DNA from: Octopus vulgaris
Lineage: Eukaryota
NCBI GenBank assembly: GCA_951406725.2
Contig: OX597822.1
Coordinates: 72,974,001-73,038,000, forward strand
Direction of reading: 5' to 3'
DNA: 64,000 nt
Shown here: positions 58,201-64,000 of the stretch, in pieces
Position numbering within the stretch: the first letter of the stretch is position 1
How the letters are laid out: every line of letters starts with the position of its first letter
Position numbers and translations under genes: made by a program
Notes under the pieces: generated by a model
What the model was told of the DNA's origin: nothing
Databases searched by the model: none
What the model saw: only the letters and a program-made list of their open reading frames with translations

Positions 58201-59147
58201 CATGCATATACAAACATATATATATGTACATACATACACATTATATATACACACACGTATATATGTGTGTGTGTACGTGTGTATATGTATTATGTAAGTG
58301 TGAAGAACGTATATACATATGTACAACTAACAGATGTAAAGGTACACGAAATAACATACTGAATAAATTCAGGTTCCAGTGACACATTCTTTGATTCGTA
58401 ACAAAGTAAATAACTGCCTGGCGGCGTTGCAACCGACTCCGAATGAAAAAAGTAGATAGTACAAAGAATCAATTATTGTTACAATTATGGAAAATATTAT
58501 TTTCTGTTCTAGAGACACAAGTACAGTTGTGCACAAGTGTATATGCCTCAATAGGTATCCTCAGCACGGCAATTACCGAACCTTCAATGCAATCAGACAT
58601 AAGACTTTAACATATGAAAAAACTGTTTTACTCATTTACTGCGGACAGAAATTTGCATAATCGAGGCAAAAATGAGCACAAATTATCCAAAGGAAAAATT
58701 TAGAAAAATAAAGCCAAATAAAGATGTACAAAATGCCACACACGATAAATGTTGGTTCATTTAACCTACTTTCTCTTCGAGAGGAGGTAAACAAATACCT
58801 GGTGTCAATTGCAGCCGACTGAATGAGGAGAAATAATAGCATATATCAACGGTCAGCAGGTATTGACATATATTCCTTCTTTCTAATCGACAGTCAATTT
58901 CTGAGAATTCTTTATTATTGAAATTATCTCTTCTTTATATTTGGAGTTGGCTACAATTGCCACTAGGCGTTTGATTTTTTTTTCTTGATTTTTTTTGTTC
59001 AAGTAAAGACAATCCTAATGAATAAAAGACTCTTCTATGTTGGCCCTAGATGATTTGACCGCTTTCTAATGACTGAAACAATTAAAAAATAAAAGACGAA
59101 GACAGGTGTATGAAGAGCAAGCAGTTGTATTAGTTTGACGTACCTGA

Positions 59148-59194
<47 letters not shown>

Positions 59195-59197
<3 letters not shown>

Positions 59198-59933
59198 CCA
59201 AAAGGTTGTGAAACCAACAAACTAAATGGTAATATCTATCCAATATACTGCTGATAGAATCCCCAGTTATTAATACACAAGTGTCTTTTCATTGCATGGC
59301 AATTACACTACTGAATGTAATAAATGGATGAGGTTAAAAAGTTTTTTTCGCCCTTAATTTATACACCAGTAAGAAAATGGATGGGTTCATAAGGTTAAGT
59401 TATAAATATAAATACATACATGTATACATACTTTTACATATACATACAAATACATAAATGTACACGAACACATGTATTTATATATATACTAGCAGTATCG
59501 CCCGGCGTTTCTCGGGTTTGTAAGGGAAATAACTATATAAGCATTTTTAGAGATGTAAAGTATAATAGCCATCTCAATATGGCTAACCACAAAGGGGGGG
59601 CGTGTTACCTTAGCTTTTTACGTTCTGAGATTTAATGATAAATTTTTAGAGAGTTACTTCCCTTATATATGCCAAAAATGCATTAAAAATGGGAAAAATT
59701 GATGGTAATTTTTTCTTTAATCGTAGACTGATCGTAGACGCGCGCTAATACCCAGAAGGGCTCGATATGAATCACGACTATAAGATACCCGGTTTTGGTT
59801 AAACTGCACTGCAAAATGTGGGAGTAGTTAGGAATCTAAAACGTAGGAGACAGACAGCACACAACCTCACTTTTATATATAAAGATATGTATATGCATAC
59901 AAAGGAATCAATTATTATTATTATTATTATTAT

Positions 59934-59991
<58 letters not shown>

Positions 59992-60216
59992 TGTATTATA
60001 TTATTCTTATTATATAAAGTATAAACAGAGGAAGGAGAAAGTTATCAAAAGAGAAACAATAGTGGAATTTAAATAATCAATATATCTTAAGATTATTGTA
60101 GTTATGCAGGAATGAAAAGGTATATAAATGAGGAATACGTATATATATGCACATACACAAACACACATACATACATACATATATACATACACATACACAC
60201 ACATACATATATACAT

Positions 60217-60251
<35 letters not shown>

Positions 60252-60700
60252 CATATAAATACATATATATGTATATATATATTTACGTACAAACATACCC
60301 ATAGGTACATACATATTACATGTGTTGAGATGGGATAATTATTGCTGTATTTATGTATTTGTATGTAGAAGTAAAAGAATGTATGTATGTATTTATATTT
60401 ATAACTTAACCTTATGGACTTTCTAAACTCTCTGACAAAGTCCAGAGGCACACCCAAGTACCTTAATCTTATCCACCAAATACTTCAATTCACTGAAGGG
60501 ATGGAGGTAGAGTGGGGTGCTATAGCCTCTTGGCTGAAACATATGTAAGATACAATCCTACTTTCTATGCTCTACGTTATATATTTTAATAATTACTGGT
60601 ATTTTTGTATATTATATATGTAAAGCACAATGTGTTATACATACATGTATATTATAATTGTTTTTTTTTTAATAAACAGACATAATATAATGTCTACACG
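59195..60700. mobile_element. Fold-back PLE element interrupted by a Helitron and microsatellites
   Basis: Arms at about 59386-59459 and 60349-60417; HHR at 60427-60551 (tct-CTGACAA-ag.ccagaggc...gcctcttggct-GAAAC-atat-GTA-aga). Confidence 0.6.
59489..59885 (-). mobile_element. Non-autonomous Helitron
   Basis: Minus strand A|TCtttatatata...cccgagaaacgccgggcgatactgCTAG|T: TC start, 3' hairpin, CTAG end, AT target. Confidence 0.85.
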
Positions 60701-60749
60701 TCGATGAATACCACCTCTTGATCCCCTTCATTTCCTTATTGCTGTATAT

Positions 60750-60791
<42 letters not shown>

Positions 60792-60796
<5 letters not shown>

Positions 60797-61150
60797 TATT
60801 AATAAAATAGAAGGAATGAATAAAATATTTTATTAGGTGCGACACATGTTTCGACCCTTTCTGCGTTTCTTCGGGTACATCGATAAAAAAAAAAATCTTA
60901 TTGAAATTTCCTGATTCTCGAAGTTGATGGACATATTAACCGAATCAGAAAATCTCTAGTAAGCCTTTTTTTATCGTTGTACCCAAAGAGACCCAGAACG
61001 TGTCGAAATATGTGTCGTACCTAATAACATATTTTACTCATTCCATCTAGTTTATTAATATTCTTACCCAAACCGCCACTACGAAGTTTCTGCAATAAAT
61101 CTACGGATAACAACAGGTAATCGATACTGTGCTGGTGCTTTACTCATCAT
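60792..61150 (+). mobile_element. Diverged fold-back PLE element with decayed HHR
   Basis: Arms at 60794-60895 and 60966-61064; gtac-CC(G/A)AAGA-gac..gtc-GAAA(c/t)atgt-GTC-gtac. Confidence 0.7.
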
Positions 61151-61211
61151 CTATTTATATATTTTGTATAATTTCTCCAATATATATGTATATATATATA
61201 TAATTATACAT

Positions 61212-61249
<38 letters not shown>

Positions 61250-62514
61250 TTTGGGGGTTGTGTTTGTACACAGCCACTTGACGAAAAGTGTTTCCTTTTT
61301 AAATCCCCTTAACCAAACAGTTCAGCAAAAGGGCCCAACAGAATAAGTCGCATGCTTTAAAAAGTAAATATGGGTGCCGAATCATTCGACCGAAATCCTT
61401 CAAGACGGTGCTCTAGCATGGCCGCAGTCCAAAGACTGAAAGACGTAGGACAATAAAAGAAGATAAACGTTATGTGCAAAGTTGAGCAACACATCTGCAT
61501 AACGCTCCGAAAATTATGGAGTTTTCCGAGGGAGAACAAAGCAAGTCCAATCGATTAGTTCCACAGTGAAGACTTGTGAACCATTCAAAGGATCGTGTGT
61601 TTGATATCCCTTGAATGAGTGCATACATATAATTTCAGGTGTACATTTGACATGCACATGCATACAAAATATGTAATCAAACACACACACTTATGTATTA
61701 GAGAAGGACATATGCATTCATTTTCATGAAATCAAGTATATCCGCACATATACCTACGAATATATGCGTACAGTAATTCATTGACATAATCGCAAATCAC
61801 AGGAACTGACTTGACGCAAAGAGACCTTGTCACTTTGATTACAACAGGCTTGAATTTCGCGAGAACGAAAATAGAAAAAAAAAAACAATAAGTGAATAGT
61901 TAAACATATATAAACACACACGCATGCACACTTACACACACATATATACATTCACACGCTGATGCTCCCTTAACGGTCACGGCTATTACAAGGGAGATAA
62001 TTATTTCCTCATGATATGAAGCAAGATTACACCTACAAGCTGTCAGTAGTGTCATGATGTGGTTTATATAACTCTTTCAAAGCAGTAACTGAAGAAACAG
62101 CTATACATGATATACCTAATCGAAAGCAAACACAAATGCCATCAATGTCAACCGGCCTCTTTACACGGCAAGGAAGATTTTGTTGCCAAAAGAATATACA
62201 TTGTCAACTGTAGGAAAATCTGCCTTAAGATAAATACTGAAAAATATATTCCTAGATCAGTAAAATGCCAAACACAAATCAGTTCTTCACTGGATTTTAG
62301 TATTGCTCATAAAATATGTGAGAACGGTAATAATTTGTCGAGAATTACCGTAAAATAGGCAAAATAATTGCCTATATTTTAAACTTTGCAAATATTTCGG
62401 AGTTCGTATGTTACGATTTTCATGAAAAGTTAAGTTAATGTCATGCATAATCTATAAAGTTTAATCGTAAAACACAGAATGCATCAGACTTTTCTAAACT
62501 TCAGCATATACTTA

Positions 62515-62786
62515 CGTTTTTTACATTTGACGAATATTCGTCCTCATCTTGTTTGTTGCTAACACAACGTTTCGGCTGATATACCATCCAGCCTTCATCA
62601 GGTGTCTTGGGGAAATTTCGAACCTGGGTTCTCATACCAAAGGTATTTTTCGATATTATTAATATTAGGTCACTGCCTGGAATCGAACTCGGAAACCACT
62701 ACACCATATGCCCGTGGGCGTATGTCGTAGTGGTTAAGAGCGCAGGCTACTAACCGCAAGACTCCGAGTTCTATTCCAGGCAGTGA

Positions 62787-62839
<53 letters not shown>

Positions 62840-63021
62840 TCGAAAAGTACCTTAGGAATGAGAAGCCATATTCAAAATTTCCACCCAAGACACCTGGTGA
62901 AGGCTGGGTGGTATATCAGCCGAAATGTTGTGTTAACAACAAACAAGATGAGGACAAATATCCTTCAAATGTAAATAGTGTAAGTAATGTACATAATTCC
63001 TCATCTCTTAAATATAGAACT
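62515..63021 (+). mobile_element. Palindromic tRNA-head + (AAT)n + HHR composite retroelement
   Basis: Arms fold at catatgccc-gt-gggcgtatg (about 62714); tRNA-like head at 62716-62790; HHR in both arms. Confidence 0.85.
62562..62605 (-). ncRNA. Minimal type I hammerhead ribozyme
   Basis: Minus strand acac-CTGATGA-aggctg..cagcc-GAAAC-GTT-gtgt; the mirror at 62890-62933 has two core substitutions. Confidence 0.85.
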
Positions 63022-64000
63022 GTTTCGGCATATGTATCATTTAATGCACACTGTACTAAAATAAGAGCTATATATATTTTCTTACAACTCAAGCAAATAT
63101 CTATAGCGTTTCTTGTGTCTCCGAGCAATCTCTACACTCTGGGCACATGGTTCGTTCTATTTGAAAGACAAGACGCTGGTACATGAGAAACCACGAATAA
63201 AACAACGAGGAGATTGCTGCAAAAAGGAGGGTGAGGAGACAAAGGATGAATAAAAACGGAAAAAGGAAAGGAAGAAGAGAAAATTAGATTTACGTCTCTT
63301 CTGACCTCAGAAACCAATTCTTTCCGTTTTCATTAATAATACATAAATGTACTTTTATCAAAGATGACTTATCCATCAACTACCATCATGTTAGTTGGTG
63401 AATAGATTATCTTCTAGTTTTACATTGCCAGTTTATATGTGTTTGAAATTTTACCTGAGGATGATGCATTTTTGCTATGATGTAATCTAAGAAAGCATCA
63501 ATAAAATGCTATCGAAACAGTTGTAGTAAATTCGTGCCTTTTTGCATATATACGCGTAAACTGGAAATAACTCTTAGTCGGATCTTACGCCTTATATTGG
63601 ATTCAGTGCCCATTCATACATGCATGAATACAATACCAACAAATGACACCTGTTGGTTGTTTTCCTTAGATGTGATCACAATGTTATGATACCGAGCCTG
63701 TCTGGCGTCCTAGTTCTTCATACGATTAAATTCTAAATAATCCTGCAAATGCTTTATGTATGTATGTATGTATGTATGTATGTATGTATGTATGTATGTA
63801 TGTATGTATGTATCTATCTATCTATCTATATATATATATATATATCAGTATTCAGTATCTATGTATCAGTGTATCAGTATATCAGTATGCAGTATTCACC
63901 TTAACAGATCCTTTCATACAGACATACTGCGCTATAGACATACATATTGGTTACAGACGAGGATTGTCTCACACAGGAGGCGTAACTACTAGATCACATG

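Noticed and set aside
62716-62790. Functional tRNA gene
   Set aside because: The acceptor stem does not close and the B box is altered; it is embedded in a palindromic repeat, so treated as a SINE head.

Overview
AT-rich, microsatellite-dense eukaryotic non-coding DNA (intergenic or intronic). The tRNA-derived SINE families present suggest an Octopus/coleoid cephalopod genome; this is inference. No intact host CDS is supported. Nearly all listed ORFs are translations of (TA)n, (CA)n, (TATC)n, (AAT)n or (CTT)n repeats. Recognisable content: a full-length but decayed mariner with TIRs; remnants of R4/Dong-type, CR1/L2-type and Penelope-like (PLE) retroelements; many tRNA-SINEs; Helitron/Helentron-type non-autonomous elements; and MITEs. 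The main observation is that between about 39.8 and 63 kb lie 11-12 mostly sequence-unrelated elements, nearly all fold-backs (inverted repeats) sitting in or beside (TA)n tracts. Each carries a type I hammerhead ribozyme (HHR) motif, usually with a palindromic minimal stem III. One encloses a Neptune-type GIY-YIG endonuclease remnant, one has a compensatory U3-A8 core, one has a hairpin loop identical to flanking DNA, and one is a tRNA-headed (Pol III) SINE-HHR composite. All alignments and folds were done by eye, and repeat boundaries are approximate.
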